From Dicyema japonicum (Eukaryota > Animalia > Dicyemida), in the NCBI GenBank assembly GCA_011109175.1, contig RDEW01000019.1, forward strand, positions 779,823 through 843,822: a stretch of DNA of 64,000 bases, given 5' to 3'. The notes below the pieces were generated by a model, which worked only from the letters and a program-made list of their open reading frames with translations, was not told the DNA's origin and did not search any database. Shown piece after piece: positions 1-11,014 of the stretch. Each line of letters opens with the position of its first letter. Within the stretch, counting starts at the first letter, position 1. The translations under genes and the position numbers were made by a program.

Positions 1-400
1 ATTTTAAACTCAAAAGGAAAAAAGCCAACCATGCGTTATTGTTTATGAGGAATTGAGACTCGAAACGGATATGTTTTTATTTATTTTTTCACATACGATC
101 ATTTTATCACTCCTTTGTGGACTGAAAGGATGGTATTACACTGCATACAAAAAGCGTTTTATCTTGCTTCTTGAAAAATCGAAAAGAGCAGGGATCAAGA
201 TTGCCATACACAAAAAGCTCGACGAGAAGCTAGATGAAGATGAAAATTTGCTAGTAGTGTCGATAAGAGATGCAGCAGAAAAAAGGATGGAAAACTACCT
301 GAAAAGAGATGCCATCATTGACTCGTATGTTGCAGCACAGAATAAACGATAAGAGGGGTCTGAGAGCGAGAGAAGAGTCCAAGTGTTTGCAGGACTTGCG
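1..400 (+). mobile_element. 3' remnant of a non-LTR retrotransposon (region after the RT core)
   Basis: The longer copy at 17380-18040 reads PLKYLGTAF...IIPSFLYGLEGW, matching the YLG and LYGxExW motifs of LINE RT C-termini; it has stops and frameshifts. Confidence 0.55.
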
Positions 401-2479
401 GCATGAGGCCAAATAACTCCCTCTTTAATTTTTCCTTGCTAATAAAGTTGTTAAAGTTAAAAAAGGCGATTTAATAATTTTAGTTGAGTCTTTTCTTCTT
501 TATATTTGAATGAATCTTTTTTTTCTAAGAATGAATTTTGAATTTAGAACCTAACTTTATTTTTTAATTTTCTTTATTTGATTATGTCCGTTAATTTATT
601 TAGGCATTTACGCTGTCATAGGACATGACATAGCATGTGAAACATGAAAAAACCGTCGGTAGTGTCGAGTCACCCTCGGTCGACCAAGAAACGCGGAGCG
701 TCCAAAACAAAGTAATCCTTCATGGTCACGTTTTCAGAGGTCCCTAGGTTGATACAAATATTTCCAGATTCAGTTACGTAGTGGTATTTATAGGAGACAT
801 CAACCTTCTCGAAGAAAATTATAGAGTGCAAAATCGTCACCTGTTGCTACTACGTTCGAGATAATCGTTGTATGTTAGTTAGTTTCTCGAAAGCTCTTTT
901 GCCATGAGCATATGACTGCTTAGTCTTTCGTTGGTGCTGTACTCCTTATCCGTTTTATTTTTTCTATTCACGTTTCCTTTCCGCACTACCCCTACTCCAT
1001 TCGAAGGATCCCCAAAATTGGATGTTTCCTTCCCTTTCCATTTGTTTTGGATGGACTTGTATGGGACATTTGATGTATGTCTCTGCAACCATGGAAACTG
1101 GATTATTTTATTCATTTGGAACTCTGGGGTCAAAGAAAACGAAATAAACTCAACGGTTAAGTGATTCCAGTCATCTTCCCCAATTAGCAGTCCCATCTTA
1201 TGTCTATATCCCTTCATCGTACCCATTGTAGTCCGGAAACGCCTTCTCCCATACTTGCACAATAGAACTTATGGGTCAACCGACTTTCCTTAGTCTGGGA
1301 CAGAAATATACTGCTTTCTTCACAAGAGTTGAGGAATCCGATTCCGCATCTACGATGGCAGCTTCCGTGGGTAGGACAATCCATAATTTTGTATTGCCAA
1401 CCATGCGAAATTTCGACCAGTAGTTGATTCAGTGGAGCATTGCATCTGACAGCGCAAATTTCCACGTGGTAAAACATATTCCACATCCGATGTTTCTCGG
1501 TACTGTGTCATAGGCTTTGTTTATAATGACAGAAACGACTGCATTGAAGGAGTCGACCATATACTACGACATCGTGTAATTGTCCTCTGTATGGGTATTG
1601 ATCAGGGGTTTCTATCCAAGTGTCTGAACACTTTTAAAATTAGATTCTAAGTTTTTTCTCACCGAACTCTGATGTTATCCTAGTGGGAGATCTAAGCTTA
1701 AACATACTAGCTTTGGATACTGGAAGTGGTCTTCTAAGAGCTCTCTAATACCACTGAATTTGCTTTTTTAATTCATGCTGAGCCAAACTATTTTTCTCCG
1801 AACTTCTAGTTTACGGATACAAACTTCCAAGTTTCACGCAACTTCCGACATTCGTGAAACGTCCGATGGTTATTAGTGATGTGTGTAGAGATCACACTCT
1901 GGATTATGTACGTTACTCAAGAGTTCTGATTTGACAAATGTGACTTAATGGATGACATCGTGGTTAGAAGAAAGCATTCCAGGAACTATTACGCCTGAAA
2001 AAAGTTGTAGACTAAGGTTGCACTAATTCATTACATTCAAATAGGTGATTTGCTGTCAACTCGTAGAGATGGCAAAATGAACAGAGGACATAGTACGTCG
2101 GTAGAGAAGGGTGGTGCCCACCATCATAAACAAGCCAGATTTACCTGGATGTCCCTCAGAAGAGATAATTCTGATTGGTCTATTGGAGGAGGGTACCAGT
2201 GTAGTATTTTACTATCCTCGAATCTTCTGATGGTTCTCGTAGAAACTGTCGTGTCCCATGCTGGTTACACATCACCTGTCAATCACTGTCAGATGTCATG
2301 TTTAATGTGGCTTTAATCATTTTTACTCATAAATATTCAACATGTGCTTATAAAATGTTTATCACTTTATATGATAATAATAGGCTTTGTTAAAAATATT
2401 ATGGAATATCAATCCATAGTGAGCATTCTAAATGATGAACCTGTACAGACACATCTTCAAGACAGATGAATTACAAATT

Positions 2480-2740
2480 AATGAAAAAATCCGAGAAATT
2501 TATTGTTATTGATGAATCGATTATACTTCAAAGACAAAAAATTTGAAAAGCACAGAATAGTTTTTTGCATGGATAACGAGTCAAAAAATGAGAACTACTG
2601 CGGAGTCTATCGATAGAAATGGCCATTCGAATATTTTATTTGTTTAGGGGATCATAGAAAGGTTTAACCAAACTTTGACAAGAAATCTTTCAAGAATCAA
2701 CTAAAAACTGGAAAAAATTCATTAAAAGAAGTACGTTTAC
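2480..2740 (+). mobile_element. Degraded retroviral-type integrase fragment
   Basis: GIIERFNQTL at ~2648-2677 and an upstream IVFCMDNES resemble the DDE integrase core; the frames are broken. Confidence 0.4.
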
Positions 2741-2772
2741 ACCACGTTTCATTTTTCTACAAATGAAACTCC

Positions 2773-3047
2773 TTATTTATTTATTAACCCCGGATACACA
2801 GAGAACGAAGTTAAAGTAAACAACTAATTAAGTGTTAAAATTTTTTTGCTAATTGTTAGCCGCGTAGCACCATGTGGTGATTCGTGGCTAATTGGTCGAA
2901 GTTTCTGTTTGTTCTTCTGTTCCTCCTCTCTTTTCCTATTAGAGTGGCGTCATGTGATCCACCTGTCTAGGTGTCGCCCAGTGCTAGGCCGGCACAAAAA
3001 AGGATCATTTGCTCTCCCCCACTCCATTGGAGGGGTTTCCACATTTT
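2773..3047 (-). mobile_element. SINE-like family A element with inverted 5' part (twin-priming structure)
   Basis: The 3' tail is on the minus strand (2773-2835) and the head and core on the plus strand (~2850-3045). Flanked by an 11-bp direct repeat AATGAAACTCC (2762-2772, 3048-3058). Confidence 0.85.
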
Positions 3048-3469
3048 AATGAAACTCCATATATAAAACTGAGAGGATTTTCTGGATTAAACACACTCAT
3101 TCGTGAGTAAAAATTTTATTATGTTTTAATTTCATAGAAAATGTTTTTCAACGATCATAAGAGGATATTGACGTGGAACATATTTCAGATGTTTCAGGTA
3201 ATTATTGTATAAAGTCTGTTAGAAAACTTAGATGCAGATAATTTTGATCTGATTTTTTTCCATCAAACTTAAATCCAGACTATTTTGAACTGATGAACAA
3301 AAGAATGACCTTTCGTCAGTCAGAAAATGATTTTCAATTGGAAATGAGGTATTTTTAATAATTTTAGATACGAGTTTTAAAGGATTATGGGACAATCCAT
3401 CGATATAGTTGTGCAGATTTGAATCTTCATATGAAGAACCAAGTGAAGTTATTCAAATTTCAGTTATGT

Positions 3470-3740
3470 CCACTAATTCTTCAGCTTATTTCTTGTTTGG
3501 ATTAGATCTCGCCTTTCAGCATCAATTAGGTGTGATGGACGTTGAGGACGACCCATCGTAATGTATCTTTTGCAAGCTCGGAGTATAATCTCGTTAAGGT
3601 CGATAGATCCGACAGCAGCGTTGATAGATCCGAAGTTCTCTATCCAGAAAGGCCTGAAGGTGTTGTTCGATAAAATGTGTGAAGGCCATATTGCCTTTGA
3701 GAAGTTCACATTGGTTCTCGGAGTGTTCATTAACTTATGT
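3470..3740 (-). mobile_element. LINE remnant (APE-RT linker); second copy at ~19570-19830
   Basis: NVNFSKAIWPSH...IILRACKRYI resembles the linker of the LINE at 49620-49800. Confidence 0.4.
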
Positions 3741-3821
3741 TTTTGTGGGATCGGGTTATGTTCGGTATGTATTTATGATAAAAATTTTAAATTTAAATAA
3801 TAAAAAATTAAATATATTTTT

Positions 3822-4463
3822 ATGGATTCGAGTGTAAGTGGTTACGTGGCGAACACAATGTCACAAACTAAAGTACAAATGTACATTGCTGGATCTTCCA
3901 TTATTATTTCTTTATTAGTCATGATAATAACAAGAAGTAATAAACTCACAAAATTTGAAACATTCAAATCTATTTGGTTTGCTTTATCGGCACCCAGTCA
4001 TCTTATTCTCGAACGGTTTTACATAAAAAATTATTCCACAATAAAAGCAAAGTCAGACTTTTTATCACAACTCTGTAAGTCAATGATTTAACTATATAGG
4101 GAAAGAATACTCACTCTCTGATTCTAGATTTTTAGAGTAATTTGAATTATGTAATTTAGACATGACAGTACGACTGTGGCGATGGAAATGTTCACAGTTT
4201 ATGTGATTGGTCCCTTAGCCTTATTCACTTTCATTACAGTGATCATACGGAGTAACAAAGCGTATATTTTGCAATTAATAACTTGCATCTTTTACATTTA
4301 CGGAGTTTTTATATATTTCTACACTGAATATCTACAAGACTTTAAACATTGTAACCAATTTGGGGATTTCATGTATTTCTGGGTTTTATTTGTATTTGTC
4401 AATTCACTCTGGCTGTTCATTCCTCTTTTAATAATTTTTGAGTCCTTCTATGTTCTAATTTAA
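3822..4463 (+). CDS. EBP: Emopamil-binding protein / sterol delta8-delta7 isomerase family, copy 1 (2 introns)
   Basis: Removing 25-nt (gtaagt...tatag) and 23-nt (gtaatt...tttag) introns gives ...HLILER...SQLWKEYSLSDSRF...VAME...YFWVLFVFVNSLW, which are EBP hallmark motifs. Confidence 0.85.
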
Positions 4464-4624
4464 AGTTTTACTTTTTTATTTTAATGTCTTTGTTTTCTGA
4501 GCATAGACTGGTTTTCATGTTGATTACCTGCACGTGAGAAACTGTCTATTTGTAGCAAACAGACAAACCTTTTTTCCCTATATTTTGCTTGGTACTGGTA
4601 CCATCACTAAGCTACCGTTCCCAG

Positions 4625-4830
4625 ATTTTTTTGATCAAATGTGGTGACATTTAACAATAGTTCGAAATCAACCCAAAGTTAATGTTGACCCAATTGAGCA
4701 TCAATGGACTTTCCAAAAAATGTATTTATTCATGCAATTTAATGCGGAATTGCTCTAATCCAAGAGACAAAGCTTACAACAAAGTCAAAAACTCCACATT
4801 TAGGAACACTTTTGTAGTTCGCTCAGATCT
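4625..4830 (+). mobile_element. 5' remnant of the 2A-APE LINE family; second copy at ~20745-20950
   Basis: FLIKCGDI[12-nt insert]EINP, then QLSINGLSKK and IALIQETKL (APE endonuclease motifs). Confidence 0.6.
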
Positions 4831-5469
4831 AATGAATATATGCTAGTCATACGAGTTCGTTAGTCTCCTCCATTCAATGATTCTTATACCATCTTCGCGG
4901 TTAACCATCGTCAGTTTAACCTGGAACTCTTCTGGAATCAAAAGCTCTTTAATAAATGGTCTGATACTTGTTTATCTTTTGCAGAACATTTTAAATATGA
5001 ATGCTAAAATCTCAAAAGTTCAACTTTGAGTTGTTACGGTGTATCATCTGGTCAGGGAAACAATTCTACAGACATATCGTTTTTGAAAGAAATTGGTTTT
5101 TTTACTTAAAGGGACTGGAAGTAAATAGATGAGGGTATTTTTTAGAAAAGAGTACGCTCTATATCTAATGCGAGGACTACGTTATATAGCTTCATTAACG
5201 AAGAGATGTTTATTATTTAGAGATCAAGGATATTTGCTATTGGTTGGACACGAAGAATTACATTAGGATAGTTTGGAAGTTAAATAAGAGTTGAGTTAAG
5301 AAATGGCTCAATCCCATAGTTGGAAAAATAAAAAGTCGTCTTCAGATAAATTTTAGTAAACGTTGCTGGGGCAATAAGTCCTTGATTTCCCTCAATAAAC
5401 TGGGCCGTATTTCCGCAGAAGCCATGATGACCACCAAACGCGATGGCTTATTCAGTAGGTCTCCATAGC

Positions 5470-5610
5470 AATCATTATTATTATTGAACCAGAAAACCAG
5501 TGTCATATCCAAAATAAACAAAATTCAGGTGACCCAGCTTCCCTCAACAGTCTTCGTATCTTTTCTCGGTATTCCGACTGCGTTCCTGCGCATCGACAAC
5601 ACATCTCAAT
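5470..5610 (-). mobile_element. (TAA)n-terminated 3' end of a retroelement; other copies at ~21595-21735 (-) and ~60130-60300 (+)
   Basis: About 130 bp clearly align to 60180-60300 in reverse; each copy ends ...GGTTCAATAATAATAAT. Confidence 0.65.
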
Positions 5611-5669
5611 CAGATCGGCAGAAATAAAATAATGTTTTTTTTTATTTTATAAATTATTTTATTTAACAA

Positions 5670-7595
5670 TAAAATATTATTTATTGACAATTGGGAAGAG
5701 CGCCTGCTGACATTACGGAGTAAGCGTTTCCGTGGACAACTGCAATTTTAATTTGTTGCCTCCAGCCAGACCGCTTTCCGCACGTCTTTCTTACGGTGGG
5801 CCAATTTCCTTTCGATTTCCTTCTGTGATACTTACCGCAGAAACAGACATCTCGATTACCGCTAGTATAAAACGGAAGCGGTCTCCAATTTCACCATATT
5901 TTTAATCTTGATTTTCCCGGCCAGATCGGCTGCCGATCCAGCAGACTTCGCTGAGCTGAGCATCATCGAGTTCGAGAAAGAATCCACAACAGTGCAGTCC
6001 TATACGAGCGATTTTCCTTCAGTGAACGGAAAGATAGTTAACCCATCCGGTCTTTTCCCGTCTCCGCAGTCCGATCACGGGCTCGAGCACTGCCGGGAAG
6101 CCTGCAGCTTCAAGATCACGCATGACAATGTTGTTCATAACAGCGTGGCTGGGTGCTCTGCCCGCACTCCTTTTGCACGAAAGCAGATGCAGCCCTTTGG
6201 CATCGACGATCCCTCCACGACGACGAGGGTGTTCGACGCAAACATCGACTCCCAGGTGATGTGCGATCCCAATCCGAATACAATCATCGTCCAAAAAGGT
6301 CCCCAGTGAGGAACACGGGAATGCATCCAACCACACCGCTCCCATGGTTGGCACAAGGCATGCAAGGTGATGCTGGTTGGCCTCAGACTTTAGCACGTCG
6401 AAGATATTCTTAGATTAGATCTCATCCCAGTCTCGTTGCCTCGAATGATCGTTCGGCGTATCTAAACCAGTTTCACACCATTCCCGACGAGCTTCGTCGA
6501 AGACTCTTTCCCGAGAAAGTCCGGTTGTAAAACGTAGGATTTCTTGGACCAAAAGGCTTCCACTTGAAAGCGATGACACATATGCTGGATAGGCGATCTC
6601 CAGCGCCGACCTGAGACCCGTTCCTCCGAGGCGTGTAAAAAGCCTGCATTGACACCAACTCGGCATGTCAAATTGGATGTTTAGAAGCAATTCGGCTGAT
6701 TTTTTCAATGTCCTATCCAATGACACGAGGATGTCACGACGTTGAAGCAGGGAAAAGAACAGAGAGCGTATAGGAGTTTGGGCAAGCCAATACTATTCTT
6801 CAAAAGGAAAAACGCTGTATGAGCATTGAGTAAAAAGAGTTTCTCAGTAACTCTAGAGAGTTCATCCTCTTTTGTTAGTAGATGGCTCTGCAGTTCTTTT
6901 TCGTCAAGTAGACACCCAAGAAAGTATGTCTGCTCCCTGGGTACGACAGTAATTCCACGTAGTACCGAGTTGAAAGACTCCACCATGTTGATAAAATCAC
7001 TCTCTAAGTATGTGATATTTATTAGCTCCGATTTCTTTATGTTTATATCAAGTTCGAGGTTTCGTACTGCCGGCACGGCATGTGATAGAACGTCATTAAC
7101 TTATCTCCACGGCCCTCCAATCATGACGTCATCAAGATACCAGAGGTTTAGTTCTGTGTTGATAGAGCGGACAATTTCATCGATGGCCAGTGCGAAGAAT
7201 AGTGGACTAAGTAGGTCTCCTTGTTGGACTCCAGTCTCCGAACAGATATTCTTGTCCCCGAAAACCAGTGAAGAATTGGTTCCGCAAGCGAGGTAGACGA
7301 GTGGAATAAGTTCCGGGGCTCGTTTGCTTGTAGTTTCGAAAATTTGATCCCTCCTCAATGAATTGAAGGCATTGCAGATGTCCAGCTTGACCCCAATGTG
7401 TGGGTTTTGTTCGTCTTTTTGTCCAAAAAAACACCTCGCAGCATGCACTGCAGCCTCGCATCTGTTCCTTACACCAACCCCCAGTTGGAGGAAGAAAATT
7501 CTTCAGATATTCTCGGACAGACAATGCTGCATGCGATTTTCGCTGTCAGTCTTCTTCGACTAACAGCCGGTTTCTTGTCTTTAAAGACAACAATT
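5670..7595 (-). mobile_element. 5'-truncated CRE-clade non-LTR retrotransposon (RT + restriction-like endonuclease), frameshifted
   Basis: VKLDICNAFNSL, GVQQGDLLSPLFF, WYLDDV, GxRSA, a (K)RPDG-like endonuclease region and a terminal VVHGNA motif. Confidence 0.85.
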
Positions 7596-7614
7596 AATAA
7601 TTAATTAACTCAAC

Positions 7615-7800
7615 CATCAATCCAAAGTGGTCCCCGCCGACATTATCGTCTTTGCGTTGCCTCTTACGATTGCAACAGAGATCAACTGGAGAAGCCACCG
7701 GGTCTCACGTGCGTCGTGGCTTTTTAGTGTAGCTTGGAGTCCAAGTTTCTATAGGAAGCGAAGTGATTTTCAACTTATTCCTCCAGTTGTCAGACCACAA
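7615..7800 (-). mobile_element. Second CRE 3'-terminal fragment abutting the first; second copy at ~23740-23925
   Basis: Minus frame reads ...DARETRWLLQLISVAIVRGNAKTIMSAG, the CRE C-terminal motif. Confidence 0.7.
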
Positions 7801-7922
7801 TGAGATAATTATTTAACGAATTAATGAAACAAATGATTGTAATGTGTCATAGTATAAATTTACTAAAATTTAACCCCAAAAAGTGCAATGACAATGATTA
7901 GTTTTATTAGCAGAATAATGTG

Positions 7923-8679
7923 TTAAACTGTTAGTTTTGTTAAAATTAGTTGACTAGTATTGGTCAATTTGTGCTTTTTTCTTTAATAAAATATAATATT
8001 TGACTTGTAGAAGTAAGCAATACAAACTCCTCCAACAATCAATCCAACCAAAACCAATGGAATAACGATTTTTAAAGTATTCGAACCTTCTTTAATTTTA
8101 TACAAATAATGTTTACTTTTTTGACTTGCTTTTGAGTTTACTTCTTCACCTGGGTTTATTTTAGGAAGATCTGTTAAATTAAAAAAAATACCCTTTTCGC
8201 AAATATAAGGTTCTGCGCCACGTGATGAGGTGGACCATTTTCCTGTAAATTTCGATATCTTGGCCAAAAATCCAAATATTATTTTAATTTTATCCCAATT
8301 TGTGTATGTCTAAAGTAAATTATAATTTATAACAGAATTTTTATTGTTTTTTAACAAAATATTTTCATTTTTACTATTTTTATAAATTCCAATGAGATAA
8401 TCACTGTTTATTTGACCTAAAATTTTATATTAAATTTACTTTGTAGAAAATCATTTTCTGCTTTGTCATTTACTTCCGCTGGGTATGCCCCGATTTCATT
8501 ACATTTCAGAATATAATCATGGCTATTAAGGTGTTCAACTGAGAAGTAATATTCGTGGTTGTTGTATTTTGCCACCGTATAGTTGTCTTGATAAAAATAG
8601 CCAAAATACCTGACTGAATATACTCGAAATTAATAAATATTATTAGAAATGTCATTATGGTTTGAAGTACTATTCTCAT
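7923..8679 (-). CDS. Type I membrane protein with signal peptide, C-type lectin-like domain, TM helix and short tail; copy 1 (5 micro-introns)
   Basis: Splicing out 21-24-nt GT-AG introns gives MRIVLQTIMTFLIIF...KCNEIGAYPAEVNDKAENDFLQ...YLIGI...TYTNW...GKWSTSSRGAEPYICEK...IVIPLVLVGLIVGGVCIAYFY-KKKHK. Confidence 0.7.
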
Positions 8680-9859
8680 TTTATTAATTTACGCTGCAGT
8701 TATTTTATACTTTAAAATTTCGTACTTTTTTAAATTTACAATGTACTTTTCAATTGACGAATATCGAAGAAAATTGTGTTTAGAGGAAGGGTTCTTAGAG
8801 GGTCTGTTCCTATTCCACTTGTATTTAATTGTGATAAACCAAATATCAATTTGGAGCAGTCAATACAAAAAGGATTATACACATGACCCCAGTTAGAGCA
8901 CCAATTAAAAAATTCCCAAAAAACGAGGGCAAATATTTTTCATGTTTTTATTGTGAAAAATGTTTCTCGGATAGTCAACAAAAGCAAGAAAAGTAACGAC
9001 TACTAAATGAGGACTAAATTAAGACCTTGGAAAATCTAAAGTATCTTTGAGTTTGTATAGATTAAAAAAGATATTTCAAAGGTTATATCAGTAGAAAATA
9101 AAGACGTTATCTTAAGTTCATTCTACTCTTCATTTAAATCAGCAGTCTTTTCTGTTTATGCATTGAACTATTACCGATTTATTTTTCAGGGTGGTATGAA
9201 AAGGAAAAGCAAATTTGTTGGGCTTTTCGATAGATCGAGTAGATATGCTATCAAATTGACTTAAAGATTGAAAATCCAAAATATCATCAAAATATGAGTG
9301 TGATATAAGAACAATTGACAATTTTTATACAACAAATTATTCATTTTTTACGTGAAGATGTGAAGTAGGTTATTCAACGGAGAAGAGATATATAGTTAAC
9401 CCCATCAGCCTCCATTCAAACTCTTAAGACGATTTTTAGTTAAAGGAACTTTCTCGTTTCTCAAAATCATATGTATACTTAAGGTTTCGCTCCCTACTAT
9501 TCCTCTAATAGTTTTTTCCATCCAGCTTTCCTCCTTGCACGCTTCCGTGATCCACGTCTTCCGCTGTTTTCATTTCCTCCCCAATTTTGGTGCTATTGAC
9601 ATAGAAGAAGCGTAATTCTCTGCCGTCCACGAAAGCCCTCAATTCTATTTTGGTTGAAGATGTTTTCCACAATAAGGTAGCACGTAGAATATGAAAAAAG
9701 TCGCCAGCGAGATTTTACCACTTACTCGTTTATAGCCCCCACATTTTCATATTTAGTAAAGAGTCTCGTTTTTATATTTTTGGCCATAAATACGAGGCTA
9801 TGGTAACTTCACTACTTGAATAATTGAAGGTGTGGATACCAGCGAAATTCTAGTTGCAG

Positions 9860-9985
9860 GACTGGGGAAGGGTGAACCTAGAATGACGCGATGACTATTT
9901 CATAATATTCATGATCACGGCGAGTAACTCCCATTACGTGTTCATGCCAGCAGGTCTTCATGGATACCTTGTCATGACAACTAAA
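9860..9985 (+). repeat. Dispersed repeat family C (copy at ~25990-26115; a third copy is split by the LINE at 48657-48711/51650-51715)
   Basis: Shared blocks CTAGAATGAC, GATCA, GTAACTC, ATT.CGTG and TGCC.GCAG in the same order. Confidence 0.5.
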
Positions 9986-10409
9986 TACGATCGAAATACG
10001 TCATTAGATTAAAGAATTATTATTATGTAGAAAAATTATGGTAAAAATCAATACTGACAGTAAAATTTAGAATTTAATAATAAAATTAGTGATTCTAATA
10101 GCACTACCTATTTGGAAGAGGACCATTTTCAAGCGTTCAACCTTCACTATTTTTTAACGTGGGTCATCTTATGTCAGGACCAGATGTTGCATCATAGTCA
10201 GGAACGTTTGAGAATTAAAAATCTAAAAATAATCCTGTTGTTTTTCCTCAAGATGGGCCTGTCCAAATACCTCATAATTTTGTGCCAAATTCAGAAATAC
10301 TGTATCCAATACTTCCGCGTTCAAAAAGATCGTGTATCAAGAGTCTCTGGAATCAATCGCTTTTTATATTCACAGAGATGAAGACATTTGATTAAATAGA
10401 GGTACATCA

Positions 10410-10990
10410 TCCATTATCCAGGCATTTAGCATGTCAAGGTTAATTTGTATTCTTTCTGTGGCCTTCTGGATGTCCTGATCCCGCGAAGCTAACACAATAT
10501 CATCCGCATAGGAAAATAGAACATCATTATCAGATTTAAGAGTCGGAAGATCAGCCAGAAAGAGGTTAAATAGAGCAAAGGATAAAGGAGATCCTTGAGG
10601 GACTCCGTTGGGGAGGAGCCGTGAGATTGATTTCAGTCCTCCAAGGCAAACACGTCCCCTTCTTCCACTTAGGAAGTTAGTGATCCAAAGCTTTAGCTTC
10701 CCTGGGATCTCCGATTGAAATATTTTTCTCGATAGAATCTTCCTCGAGAATGAGTCAAAAGCTTTATGTATGTCGATCTAGCAGCATTGTTTTTAAGTTT
10801 CTCGGCTTGGTTGTGAATCCGACTCGAATGAAGTCGCCAATGTTTGCAAGTATGTAGACGTGGATCTCTAATTTTTTAATCCATGTTGAAAAGGCCTCTC
10901 TGGTAAAAATTCTTTTATTCTCCCGAGCACAAGTTTTCCAGGATTTTTGACACCTCACAAACTTTCAATTTATTTCCCTCACTTTTCAAT
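10410..10990 (-). mobile_element. LINE RT-core fragment (I/Jockey-group-like); second copy at ~26540-27120
   Basis: KILEKLVL, FQHGF, IDIHKAFDS, GVPQGSPLS and SYADD motifs. Confidence 0.85.
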
Positions 10991-11014
10991 AAATAATTGA
11001 GTGAGATCTTCTTT

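Noticed and set aside
53-352. 99-aa ORF as a host membrane protein
   Set aside because: Part of a LINE post-RT region; the duplicate copy is frameshifted.
5908-7296. Plus-strand ORFs of 133 and 156 aa (and duplicates; likewise 51094-51588)
   Set aside because: Antisense shadows of CRE or LINE coding sequence, with no independent motifs.
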